Counted from the stretch's first letter, positions 40,750 to 50,375 are shown. The stretch is 64,000 bases of DNA from Halarcobacter sp. (GCA_048571215.1 CP182352.1:3520001-3584000); one strand, 5' to 3'. Notes: generated from the sequence alone by a model not told the origin. Numbers and translations are program-made.

Positions 40750-41505
40750 ATGATTAATATAATAACAAACCCTTTTTTAAAAAAAAGATATTTTTCCGAC
40801 TTTTCAAATGAATATATTATAAAAAGTAATACTAGTTTGAGTGGAGCAATTTTATTAATGTTTAGTCTAACAGTAGTTTCATTTGTATTCTTTTGGATAT
40901 TTTCAAATGAACTACTTATAAACAGTACTCCTATAGCTATAGAAAATGTAAAGAATTTTTCTTTTGTAAGTGGAGTGATCTCTTTTATTATAGCTTTTTT
41001 TGCATATTATAAGCCAGGATTATCTCCAATCTTAGCACCCTTATATGCAGTTTTTTCGGGTATTTTTATCTCAGGTCTGAGTTTTGCTGCAGAACAAAAG
41101 TTTCCAGGTATTGCAATGCTAACTGCTGAAGTTACTTTAACAACTTTTATTATTGTTTATATTGGATATAAGATTGGTATTATTAAAGTAACACAAAAAT
41201 TTAAATCTATAGTTTATTCACTTATTGGGATTATATCATTTTTGTATTTATTGAGTTTCATCTTAATGCTTTTTAATACCACTATCCCTTTGATTCACGA
41301 AGCAGGTATAGGTGGAGTAATATGGACTTTTTTTATTATGGCTACAGCTTCATTTCATCTTGCAATAGATATAGATAAGGTAGAAAAATCTAATACTAAC
41401 AAAGGGTATGAAAACTGGAACTTAGCTTTAGGATTAATGGTATCTTTGATATGGCTTTATTTTTCAACTTTAAGATTTTTATCTCGAATTAAGAGTCTAA
41501 AATAG
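40750..41505 (+). CDS. Bax inhibitor-1/YccA-family membrane protein
   Basis: ~7 TMs; SPILAPLYA, LGLMVSLIWLY. Confidence 0.8.
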   Translation: MINIITNPFLKKRYFSDFSNEYIIKSNTSLSGAILLMFSLTVVSFVFFWIFSNELLINSTPIAIENVKNFSFVSGVISFIIAFFAYYKPGLSPILAPLYAVFSGIFISGLSFAAEQKFPGIAMLTAEVTLTTFIIVYIGYKIGIIKVTQKFKSIVYSLIGIISFLYLLSFILMLFNTTIPLIHEAGIGGVIWTFFIMATASFHLAIDIDKVEKSNTNKGYENWNLALGLMVSLIWLYFSTLRFLSRIKSLK

Positions 41506-41582
41506 GGATTTGAAATGAAATATTTTAAGCTAATATAGGGAATTTTTTGGTATTATTATTGGCAAAAGAGGGATATTAAAAT

Positions 41583-43286
41583 ATGCAAATATTATTTTTG
41601 ACAGATCAAAATATTAATGAAAAATATTCTAAAGTTATTTTACAATATAACAAAGCACTTACTCAAAATATCTTATTAGTTAATTATTCTTCCCTATATG
41701 AAAAACAAAAGTTTATTTATGCAAAAGAGTGTATGGTATTAAATAAAGAGGAAGTGCTTACTGACGTACTTCTTTCCCCATCTATTGTTATTGATTTAAG
41801 TCAAACTTTAGAATATACAATTTTAGAAAAATATTTAAAAACATGTTGGGTAAATGTACAACAAGCATTTTTCCAAAAAGATGAAGCAAAACAAAACTCC
41901 ATTGGAAGCATAGAATCTTCTGCAAAAGTATCAAATTGTATTTGTTATACCAATAATAATGAAGCACCAATATTAAAAGTTATTGAAGATAGTATTAATT
42001 TATCTTCAGACAATAAAATATTAAGCCCTTTTAACACAATTGGATTAATCGAACAAGCTATTACTGAATTTTTTGCAGATATAAATTATTTTAGTCAATT
42101 TGAGTGGCCTAGAAATAAGGATATTTCAAATCATCAAAGTACAGTATTCTTTGTACAATTTGAAGTTTTTGAAAGATTTGGTGATTTTATAGTAGAAAAT
42201 ATTCAATATCAATCTTTAAATTATGAACAACTCATATCTTATAATAATCATTTTCTTTTTAAATATATTGATGATTTATTAGACTTTAGACTTGATAGGT
42301 ATATCCAACAAGTAAAATTTAGAACACATATTATAAAGCTTTGTGAAAAATATAAAATAGATTTAGAACCTTCATATTATAAAACTTTTGTACTTACCAA
42401 AGATAATCATATTGGACTACAACGTAGATATTATGGATCACTTAATAGTAAAAGAGGTATAAATATTATAAATGATAAACATAAGACTAATACTTTTTTA
42501 AGAGAAAATGGTTTTAATGCTAACTTATCTTATGAATATACACTAAAGCAATTACTTGAAGAGGAAGTAATTGATAATTTGCCAATTGATTATCCCCTAA
42601 CTTTAAAACCTACGGATAAAAAAGAGGGTTATGGGGTTGTAACTAATATTCCCAATAAAAAGCGTATGAAAATCTCTATCAAAAAAATGTTAAACTTAGA
42701 GGATATCAATTCAGTTTTAATTGAAGAGTTTTTTGAGGGTGTAACCTATCGAGTATTAGTTGTTAGTGGTGAAGTTACGGCAGTACTTAAATATATCCCA
42801 GCATCTATTTTAGGAGATGGAGAGAGTAGTATTGAAGAGCTTATAAAAAATAAAAATCTTATTTCTAAGTCAAGAGTAAGGATAAATAATGCTCTTAGAT
42901 TAAGTATTTTTAATGATGAAAAAAGATGGGAAACTGTATTACCTGAAGGGAAGAAATATATTATAAGTCATAATTCCCATGCATCAAATGGGGGACAATC
43001 AATAAATGTTACTAATCTTTTTGATGAAAAGTATAAAAAAGTTTGTTCTCAAGCATGTAAAAGCTTAGGATTGAAAATGGCAGGTATCGATATGATAGTA
43101 AACTCAGCTGGAGATTATAGAATTATTGAGATAAATTGTGGTCCTGCTTTGGCAACACATGTTAATCCTAAACATGGCTCTTCTATTAAAACATATACAA
43201 AAGTCTTATATTCACTGTTAGAAGAGGTGGATATTGAAAAAGATGAAAATAGTTATCTAAAAGATTTAGTACCATATCATAAATAA
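41583..43286 (+). CDS. ATP-grasp ligase, cyanophycin synthetase/GshAB-like (paralog 1)
   Basis: INDKHKT, LKPTDKKEGYGV, LIEEFFEG, YRVLVV, GIDM, IIEINCGP. Confidence 0.82.
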   Translation: MQILFLTDQNINEKYSKVILQYNKALTQNILLVNYSSLYEKQKFIYAKECMVLNKEEVLTDVLLSPSIVIDLSQTLEYTILEKYLKTCWVNVQQAFFQKDEAKQNSIGSIESSAKVSNCICYTNNNEAPILKVIEDSINLSSDNKILSPFNTIGLIEQAITEFFADINYFSQFEWPRNKDISNHQSTVFFVQFEVFERFGDFIVENIQYQSLNYEQLISYNNHFLFKYIDDLLDFRLDRYIQQVKFRTHIIKLCEKYKIDLEPSYYKTFVLTKDNHIGLQRRYYGSLNSKRGINIINDKHKTNTFLRENGFNANLSYEYTLKQLLEEEVIDNLPIDYPLTLKPTDKKEGYGVVTNIPNKKRMKISIKKMLNLEDINSVLIEEFFEGVTYRVLVVSGEVTAVLKYIPASILGDGESSIEELIKNKNLISKSRVRINNALRLSIFNDEKRWETVLPEGKKYIISHNSHASNGGQSINVTNLFDEKYKKVCSQACKSLGLKMAGIDMIVNSAGDYRIIEINCGPALATHVNPKHGSSIKTYTKVLYSLLEEVDIEKDENSYLKDLVPYHK

Positions 43287-43310
43287 GTAAGAAAGGATAA
43301 AATAAAAATT

Positions 43311-44261
43311 ATGAGTAAATTAAATATATTAAAAGAGTTTGATCATCGACAGTTATTCCGTTTCTTTGTAGATGGGCGTTTATATGTAAAAGAAAATGGT
43401 TGGGAAGGTTATGAAAGTAGACAACCTGGATGCATAAAAGGGATGAGCCTATCTTATGCCCATATGGTTAATAACTTTGAATTAAAAGATGGTTTAACTT
43501 TGGAATATATATCTAAATTACATGACCTTACATTTTATAATATTGAAAAAAAATTACGTAGAAATCGTTACCCTGGTGAGATTAGAGAGTTTAGAATTAG
43601 TTTTCTTGTTAAACCTGTTATTACAAAGGGTGGTATAGCAGAGTTAATGGGAGATAGAACAGTTGTTGATGCTTTTAAAAAGGGTATAAGAGGGTGTAAT
43701 ACTGCAGAAGATATATATAATGCTATTATGGCTGGGAAAAAAATCCGTTATATTTCAGAAGTTGGTTATTTAACACCAGAATTAAATCAAGCATCTTTGG
43801 ATAGAGAGCCAAAAGATTTATATCTTAAAGCAAGAGCACAAGTTAAAAAGAATATTACAGAAAAAACATTACAACTTATTAATGAGTATAATGAAAAAAT
43901 CAATACTTTAGAGGAAGAAGAGAAAATCTATTTTATTGTAGATGTAATTAAAAGATTAGAAAGATTACACCCTTTTGTTGATGGAAATATTCGTGTATTT
44001 GTTACTATTTTACTAAACCATTTATTGATGTTAAATGATTTTTATCCAGCTATTTTTGAAGAACCAAGTGTTTTTGATGCTTATACAACAAAGGAGATAG
44101 TAGAAGAGGTTAAAAAGGGGCAAGAGTTAGTTAAACAATTGATTGATAATCCAGAGAGTAGAGTATTTGGACATTCAATAACTGATGAAAGTGAAGAAAA
44201 CATTTCAACAATTTGTGAGTTGATGTCTGAATTTTCAGAAGCAATAAAAAATCATAATTAA
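43311..44261 (+). CDS. AnkX-like Fic-domain protein (putative CDP-aminoalcohol:protein phosphotransferase) without ankyrin repeats
   Basis: Fic motif HPFVDGNIR (His220); N-terminal FFVDGRLYVKENGWEGYESRQPGC closely resembles the AnkX CMP-binding segment as recalled from memory. Confidence 0.8.
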   Translation: MSKLNILKEFDHRQLFRFFVDGRLYVKENGWEGYESRQPGCIKGMSLSYAHMVNNFELKDGLTLEYISKLHDLTFYNIEKKLRRNRYPGEIREFRISFLVKPVITKGGIAELMGDRTVVDAFKKGIRGCNTAEDIYNAIMAGKKIRYISEVGYLTPELNQASLDREPKDLYLKARAQVKKNITEKTLQLINEYNEKINTLEEEEKIYFIVDVIKRLERLHPFVDGNIRVFVTILLNHLLMLNDFYPAIFEEPSVFDAYTTKEIVEEVKKGQELVKQLIDNPESRVFGHSITDESEENISTICELMSEFSEAIKNHN

Positions 44262-44267
44262 TCAAAC

Positions 44268-45947
44268 ATGCAAATTTTATTTTTAGTTGAAGATAAAGAA
44301 AATTTATGGGAAGAGTCTCGTATTAAATTAGAGCCCCTTTTAAAATATAATAAGTCTTTATCTCAAAATATTTTATTATCAGATTGTGCTTATATTTCTA
44401 ATGGTTTTTCAAGTAAATGTTTAGTCGTAAATACAAACGAGATGAAAAAACTTGTAATGTTATCACCCTCTTTGATTGTAAATCTTTATAATAAAAAATC
44501 TCAATTGGATATTGAAGCATATTTTCGTGTCAAATGGCCTAGTGCACAAATAGTTTGTTGGAATAAAAAATATTTAGATAAAAGATATTTTGATAATTTT
44601 ATAGATGAAAAAGATATTATAGAATCTATAGCATATACAACAAATTTAGAAGCACCAAAATTTAAATTACTTAGTAAAACTGTTAAAGATGAAGATTTTA
44701 TTGGTCTTATTGAGCAAGCAGTAACTGAGTATTTCTCAGATAGAAACTTTTACAAATCTTTTAAATTACTTCAAACAAGTAAGATTTTAAAAAACCGTAG
44801 TATTATCTTTAAATTTCAATATAAAATTATAAAAGAAAATGCTGATTATACTATTAAAATCAATTCTGTATCTTTACTTAGTTTTTTTGATTTAGTTGAA
44901 TTGGATATAAATTATGTTTATGAGTATTTTGATGAGGTATTAGATTTTAGATATAAATATTATATAGAACAAGTTAAATTAAGACAATATATAGATGATT
45001 TATGTAAAAAGCATAATATTAATCTTGAACCCTCAATTTTTAGAACTTTTGTTTTATCAAAAGATGATAAATTAGGATTACATAGACCATATTTTGGTGG
45101 AGTTAATGACTTAGAAGGTATAAAAACAATTAATGATAAACATTTAACGAATGTTATTTTAAAAGAGAAAGGGTTTAAAACAAATATCTCTTATGAATAT
45201 TCATTAGATGAACTCAATAATGAAAAAGTTATTGAAGAGATTCCTTTGGAGTATCCATTGGTTTTAAAACCAACAGATAAGAAAAAAGGATATGGTGTAG
45301 TAACAAATATTTTAAATCCAGAAAAAATGCTTTTTTCAGTTAAGGAACTAATGAAACTAGGAGATATAAAACCTGTTTTAATTGAAGAGTTTTTTGTTGG
45401 TATGACATATCGTGTTTTAGTAGTTGCAGAAGAGGTAATTGCTGTACTTAAATTTATGCCTACTTATATTGTAGGAAATGGAAAATTAACTATTAAAGAG
45501 TTGATACTATCAAAAAATATACTTTTAAGATCTCGTATTCGTATAAATGATGCCTTAGAGTTGAATCTTTTAAATGATGGGTATAATTATAGTACAATAT
45601 TAGAAAATGGTCATAAATATATTCTTAGTCATAACTCTCATGCTTCAATGGGTGGACAAGCTACTAATGTAACTGATATATTTAGTGATGAATTAAAACA
45701 AATATCATGTGAAGTTACTAAAAGTTTAGGTTTAACACATACAGGAATAGATATGAATGTAAATGCTCAAGGAGATTATCGTATATTAGAAGTTAATTGT
45801 GCTCCAGCATTATCATCACATTTATATCCTAAATATGGAACATCAATTGATACTTATAGCAAAGTTTTAGAAGCTTTTTTTACTCATACTGACTTACAAA
45901 GAGTAGAAAATAAATATCTTCCCGAAATGTTTAAATATCATAAGTAA
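44268..45947 (+). CDS. ATP-grasp ligase, cyanophycin synthetase/GshAB-like (paralog 2)
   Basis: INDKHLT, LKPTDKKKGYGV, LIEEFFVG, GIDM, ILEVNCAP; collinear with 41583. Confidence 0.82.
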   Translation: MQILFLVEDKENLWEESRIKLEPLLKYNKSLSQNILLSDCAYISNGFSSKCLVVNTNEMKKLVMLSPSLIVNLYNKKSQLDIEAYFRVKWPSAQIVCWNKKYLDKRYFDNFIDEKDIIESIAYTTNLEAPKFKLLSKTVKDEDFIGLIEQAVTEYFSDRNFYKSFKLLQTSKILKNRSIIFKFQYKIIKENADYTIKINSVSLLSFFDLVELDINYVYEYFDEVLDFRYKYYIEQVKLRQYIDDLCKKHNINLEPSIFRTFVLSKDDKLGLHRPYFGGVNDLEGIKTINDKHLTNVILKEKGFKTNISYEYSLDELNNEKVIEEIPLEYPLVLKPTDKKKGYGVVTNILNPEKMLFSVKELMKLGDIKPVLIEEFFVGMTYRVLVVAEEVIAVLKFMPTYIVGNGKLTIKELILSKNILLRSRIRINDALELNLLNDGYNYSTILENGHKYILSHNSHASMGGQATNVTDIFSDELKQISCEVTKSLGLTHTGIDMNVNAQGDYRILEVNCAPALSSHLYPKYGTSIDTYSKVLEAFFTHTDLQRVENKYLPEMFKYHK

Positions 45948-45981
45948 GTAAATCAAGAAGATAAAAAAGGAGAACTGTAAT

Positions 45982-47787
45982 ATGCAAGCACTAATACTAG
46001 CAGCAGGTACAGGGAGTAGATTAGGTAAATATACAAAAGAAAATACTAAATGTATGTTAGAAGTTAATGGTGAAACTTTAATTAATCAAGCTCTAGCTAA
46101 ATTAAATAATGTAGGTATAAAAAAACTAATAATGGTTGTTGGGTATAAAAAAGATAATCTAATTGAACATGTAGGAAATAGATATAAAAATATTGAAATT
46201 GAATATATAGAAAATCCAATTTATAGTACTACAAACAATATTTATTCTTTGTATTTAGCTAAAGATAAGTTAGCGCAAGATGATACTATATTATTAGAAA
46301 GTGATTTACTTTTTGAAGAAAAAATTCTTTTGAATTTAATAAATGATAAAAGAAAGTCATTGGCAGTAGTGGATAAGTATCAGGCTTGGATGGATGGAAC
46401 AGCTGTTACCTTGAGTGATAATGATGATATTTTAGGTTTTTATGGTAAAAAAGCATTTCAGTTTAAAAATGTTGATAAATATTATAAAACAGTAAATATT
46501 TATAAATTTTCAAAAGAGTTTTCTTTAGATGTATATATCCCTTTTTTAGAAGCATATTCAAAGGCAATGGGTGACAATGAATATTATGAATCTGTATTAA
46601 GAGTAGTTTTAATGCTAGAAGACCAAGAGTTAAAAGCTTTAAAACTTAATGGTGAAAAATGGTATGAGATTGATGATGTACAAGATAAAGCAAATGCAGA
46701 AGTAATATTCTCTAAAAATGCAAAAGATAAATTAAAATTGATTCAAAGTAGATATGGGGGTTATTGGAAGTTTCCAGAGTTAAAAGATTTTTGTTATTTA
46801 GTTAATCCATATTTTCCAACTTTTAAAATGCAAGAGGAGATGAAAGCATATTTTTATGAACTTCTTTCTCAATATCCATCAGGGCAATCAACACTAAGAC
46901 TTCTTGCTGGGAAAATGTTTAAAGTAGAGGCTGAAAATATTTTAGTTGGAAATGGAGCATCAGAGATAATAAGAGGCTTAGGAAATGCAATTGAGGGAAC
47001 TTTTGGTTTAGCTTTTCCAACATTTAATGAATATCCTGAAAGTCTAGGTTATAATAGAATAGTTAAATTTATGCCAAAAAATGACCAATTTTCTTATGAT
47101 ATAAATGATATGATGAATCTAGCTAATAATTGTGACAATCTATTATTAATCAATCCTGACAATCCAAGTGGTAATTTTATATCAAAAGATTTTTTATTAG
47201 AGCTTGTAGAAAAACTTCAAAAAATAAATAAGAATTTAATTTTAGATGAGTCTTTTGTTGATTTTTCAACACAAGGTGAAAAAGAGACTATGATTACACA
47301 AAAAATAATAGATAGATATCCTAATTTAATAGTTATAAAAAGTATATCAAAAAGTTATGGAGTTCCAGGTATAAGACTTGGAGTTGTAGCAACATCAAAT
47401 ATGAAAATTATGTCAGCACTAGAAAAAGAAGTAACTATATGGAACATTAATTCTTATGGTGAATTTTTCTTACAAATTATTGGAAAATATAAAAAAGATT
47501 ATAATGCAAGTTGTGAAGAGATTTCCATGGAAAGAGATAGATTTTATATTAAACTTCAAGAAATCTCCTATCTAAAAGTTGTCTCTTCTCAGGCGAATTA
47601 TTTTTTACTACATGTAAGTGATAAATTTACAGCAACTGAACTCACTGAGTTATTATTATATAAATATGAAATTTATATAAAAGACTTGACAGGAAAAATT
47701 GGTTTTGAAGATAAACAATGTATACGAATAGCTGTAAGAAGTTATGAAGATAATGAGTTTTTAATTGATAGATTAAAAGAGTTATAA
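45982..47787 (+). CDS. LicC-like cytidylyltransferase fused to a class I/II PLP enzyme (CobD/HisC-like)
   Basis: LILAAGTGSRL, TNNIYSL, LLESDL, WYEIDDVQD; NPDNPSG, DESFVDF, KSISKSYGVPGIRLG. Confidence 0.87.
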   Translation: MQALILAAGTGSRLGKYTKENTKCMLEVNGETLINQALAKLNNVGIKKLIMVVGYKKDNLIEHVGNRYKNIEIEYIENPIYSTTNNIYSLYLAKDKLAQDDTILLESDLLFEEKILLNLINDKRKSLAVVDKYQAWMDGTAVTLSDNDDILGFYGKKAFQFKNVDKYYKTVNIYKFSKEFSLDVYIPFLEAYSKAMGDNEYYESVLRVVLMLEDQELKALKLNGEKWYEIDDVQDKANAEVIFSKNAKDKLKLIQSRYGGYWKFPELKDFCYLVNPYFPTFKMQEEMKAYFYELLSQYPSGQSTLRLLAGKMFKVEAENILVGNGASEIIRGLGNAIEGTFGLAFPTFNEYPESLGYNRIVKFMPKNDQFSYDINDMMNLANNCDNLLLINPDNPSGNFISKDFLLELVEKLQKINKNLILDESFVDFSTQGEKETMITQKIIDRYPNLIVIKSISKSYGVPGIRLGVVATSNMKIMSALEKEVTIWNINSYGEFFLQIIGKYKKDYNASCEEISMERDRFYIKLQEISYLKVVSSQANYFLLHVSDKFTATELTELLLYKYEIYIKDLTGKIGFEDKQCIRIAVRSYEDNEFLIDRLKEL

Positions 47788-47818
47788 AAATTATTAAAAT
47801 TTTGCTAAAGGTTAATCA

Positions 47819-49270
47819 ATGGACGATAGAGTGATGTTATTAAACTCAGATGATATAGCACAAATCACTGGTGGGGAATGGTTTAATTTAAATGAAACAA
47901 TAAAGTTTCATGGAATTAGAGTGAATATTAAACGTTTAGAAAAAAATGATATATGCTTTTGTACAAATCCTGAACAATGGGGTAAAAAGATTGTTAACTC
48001 AGAAAAATCGCTTCAGAAGATTTTTGAAAGAGGAGCTAGTGCAGCTGTAATTGTAAATAAAGAACTTGTAAATAGTATAAAAAAACCATTATTATTAGTT
48101 GAAAATAGTAAAAAAGCTTTAGAAGATATAGCTTTTTATGTTAGAGATAATATTAATATTCCTAGAGTTTTAGTTACTGGTACAGAAGGTAAAACAGGTT
48201 TTAAAAATCAAATTTATTCACTATTGTCAAGACAGATTAATGTACATGCCAAACTCGATAGTTCAAATTTAAATGTACCTATAATGTGCTCTTTGGCAAG
48301 TTTATCGGAGAATGATAAAGTAGAAATTTTAGAAGCATCTGTTGCAGGTCCAAATGTTGGTGTGACTAGAAGCAATATAGTAAAACCAGATATATGTGTA
48401 ATAACACAAGTTGGTATTGCCCATATTACTACTCATGGTTCAGTTGATAATATGATTGAAAATAAAGCATCAATAATAGATGCCCTTAAGAAAGATGGTA
48501 TTTGTATTGTAAATGCAGATAGTGATAATTATGATAAATTAAGAGAAGCTATATATAGAAGAAAATATGTTGATATCAAAACCTTTGGAAGTAGTTCTAA
48601 ATGTAATGCTAGGATAATTGAATCTTCATTTGATAAAAAAGAACTTTTATGGAATGTAAAAGCTAATATAGAGGGGATAGAACTAGAGTATAAAGTTCCT
48701 TTATTGGGTGATTATGTTCCTGTTGCTAGTTTAATACCTTTACTTACGATTCATTATTTAGGCTATGATGTAAAAAAAGCTGCAGCTGATTTTATATATT
48801 TTAAAAGTATGGATACTATGGGTGGATTGAGTGAAATTGTTTGTAAAGATAAAACATTTAGATTTTTTGATCATTCTCATAGGGGTTCACTTTTAGGTTA
48901 TAGCTCTGCTTTAAAAGATTTTGCTTATATGCATCCTAAAAAAAATGGTAAAAAGATTGCAGTTATTGGAAATATGATGAATATAGGAAAAATATCAAAA
49001 AAAGCTCATGCTGATTTAGTACCTTTAATAGAAGAAGCAAAAGTTGAAAGATTATATACCGTAGGTAAATTTGCAAAACCAATACATGAAAAACTTAAAG
49101 ATAAATCAATTTTAATAAATCATGCAGATAAATATCAAGATATAGAAAAACAAATTTTAGCAGATATAGATGATGGCGATGTAATTTTTATGAAAGGTAA
49201 TCATAGAATTTGGTTAAAAGAACTTGCTGCAAAGATATATGATATGGGAGAACGACATGCGATCAGATGA
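47819..49270 (+). CDS. MurF-like amino-acid ligase (least degenerate of the three)
   Basis: VTGTEGKTG, KPDICVITQVGIAH, IAVIGNMMNIG, FMKGNH. Confidence 0.83.
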   Translation: MDDRVMLLNSDDIAQITGGEWFNLNETIKFHGIRVNIKRLEKNDICFCTNPEQWGKKIVNSEKSLQKIFERGASAAVIVNKELVNSIKKPLLLVENSKKALEDIAFYVRDNINIPRVLVTGTEGKTGFKNQIYSLLSRQINVHAKLDSSNLNVPIMCSLASLSENDKVEILEASVAGPNVGVTRSNIVKPDICVITQVGIAHITTHGSVDNMIENKASIIDALKKDGICIVNADSDNYDKLREAIYRRKYVDIKTFGSSSKCNARIIESSFDKKELLWNVKANIEGIELEYKVPLLGDYVPVASLIPLLTIHYLGYDVKKAAADFIYFKSMDTMGGLSEIVCKDKTFRFFDHSHRGSLLGYSSALKDFAYMHPKKNGKKIAVIGNMMNIGKISKKAHADLVPLIEEAKVERLYTVGKFAKPIHEKLKDKSILINHADKYQDIEKQILADIDDGDVIFMKGNHRIWLKELAAKIYDMGERHAIR

Positions 49271-50336
49271 TAATGTAGATATTTTCTTTTTAGGAGATAC
49301 GTATTTTGGCGAATGGCATATGAGACTTCGTGGAAGAAAAGGGCAGTCTAATATTTTAGAGGAAAAAGGTTATTTACATTTTGGTAAAAATTTTGAAGAA
49401 ATACTAAGTGATGGTGATGAGGTTCTTATGAATTTAGAATGTACTATTACCGAAATAGAACCATCACCTTTGAAAGGTACTGAAAAAAAACATCTTTATT
49501 CTGCAAGAGCAGAAGGAACAATTTCAGCACTTAAAAAGTTAAATATAACCACATGTATTTTAGCAAATAATCATGCGGTAGATTATGGTAAGGCTGGACT
49601 TATTGATACTATTACAAATTTAGAAGAAGCTGGTATTAAATATATTGGAGGAGGTAGAAATGAAGCAGAAGCAGCGGCTCCACTAATATTTCAAAAAAAA
49701 CTAGGTGATAAAAAATTCAAAGCAGCTATAGTATCAACATACAATTATGGTGTAGCATCTGATAGATATGGATTTTATGCAAAGGGTGATATCCCAGGAG
49801 TTAATAGAAAAAATTTATCAAAAATTACAGAACAAATTAAAAAAATAAAAGCAAAAGACAATGATATAATGTATATTTTGTCTCCCCATTGGGGACCAAA
49901 TTATGTATGGAGAACTTTTACTCAACAAAAACAAGGTGAAGAATTTATAAGATCAGGTGTTGATTTAATAGTTGGACATAGTGCCCATATGATTCAGGAA
50001 GTTGAATATTATAAAGATAGACTTATAATATATAGTATAGGTAATTTTCTTATAAATGGTAATGGTGAATATAAAAGAAGAAGATTGCCACCTTATAGTT
50101 TTATAGCAAGATTGAATGTGCAAAATATTGATAATACTTTTGTTAAAAAGATCTATTTATATCCTATATTTGTTGATAATATGGCAAGTGATTTTACCCC
50201 TAGATTTGTAGATAAAAAAGAGTTTATTCATGTAAAAGATATATTAAGAAGTCATGAAATAAGTACAGATATATTTGATAATACAGTAATTTTAGGTCAA
50301 GATAAGTTTGGATATTTTTTAGAATATGAAATTTAA
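49257..50336 (+). CDS. CapA/PgsA-family metallophosphoesterase, no signal peptide
   Basis: FLGD, NLEC, ANNHAVDYG, HWG, GHSAH, YSIGNF; GGGAG SD before ATG 49257. Confidence 0.87.
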   Translation: MRSDDNVDIFFLGDTYFGEWHMRLRGRKGQSNILEEKGYLHFGKNFEEILSDGDEVLMNLECTITEIEPSPLKGTEKKHLYSARAEGTISALKKLNITTCILANNHAVDYGKAGLIDTITNLEEAGIKYIGGGRNEAEAAAPLIFQKKLGDKKFKAAIVSTYNYGVASDRYGFYAKGDIPGVNRKNLSKITEQIKKIKAKDNDIMYILSPHWGPNYVWRTFTQQKQGEEFIRSGVDLIVGHSAHMIQEVEYYKDRLIIYSIGNFLINGNGEYKRRRLPPYSFIARLNVQNIDNTFVKKIYLYPIFVDNMASDFTPRFVDKKEFIHVKDILRSHEISTDIFDNTVILGQDKFGYFLEYEI

Positions 50337-50343
50337 TTAAAAA

Positions 50344-50375
50344 GCAACTTTTAGGCAACTTTTATAATTTATAAT
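50344..50375 (+). promoter_or_regulatory. Candidate OmpR/PhoB-type direct repeat plus -10 box upstream of the giant gene
   Basis: GCAACTTTTA-G-GCAACTTTTA (11-bp period); TATAAT at 50363 and 50370. Confidence 0.55.

Noticed and set aside
43311..44261. Fic toxin-antitoxin module
   Set aside because: No small antitoxin ORF adjacent; the gene sits between two ligase paralogs and carries the AnkX-type N-terminal segment
36852..50336. Ordinary peptidoglycan, poly-gamma-glutamate or cyanophycin operon
   Set aside because: No mraY/murG/fts genes, no capC or recognisable capB, no cyanophycinase or full-length CphA; Mur motifs are altered
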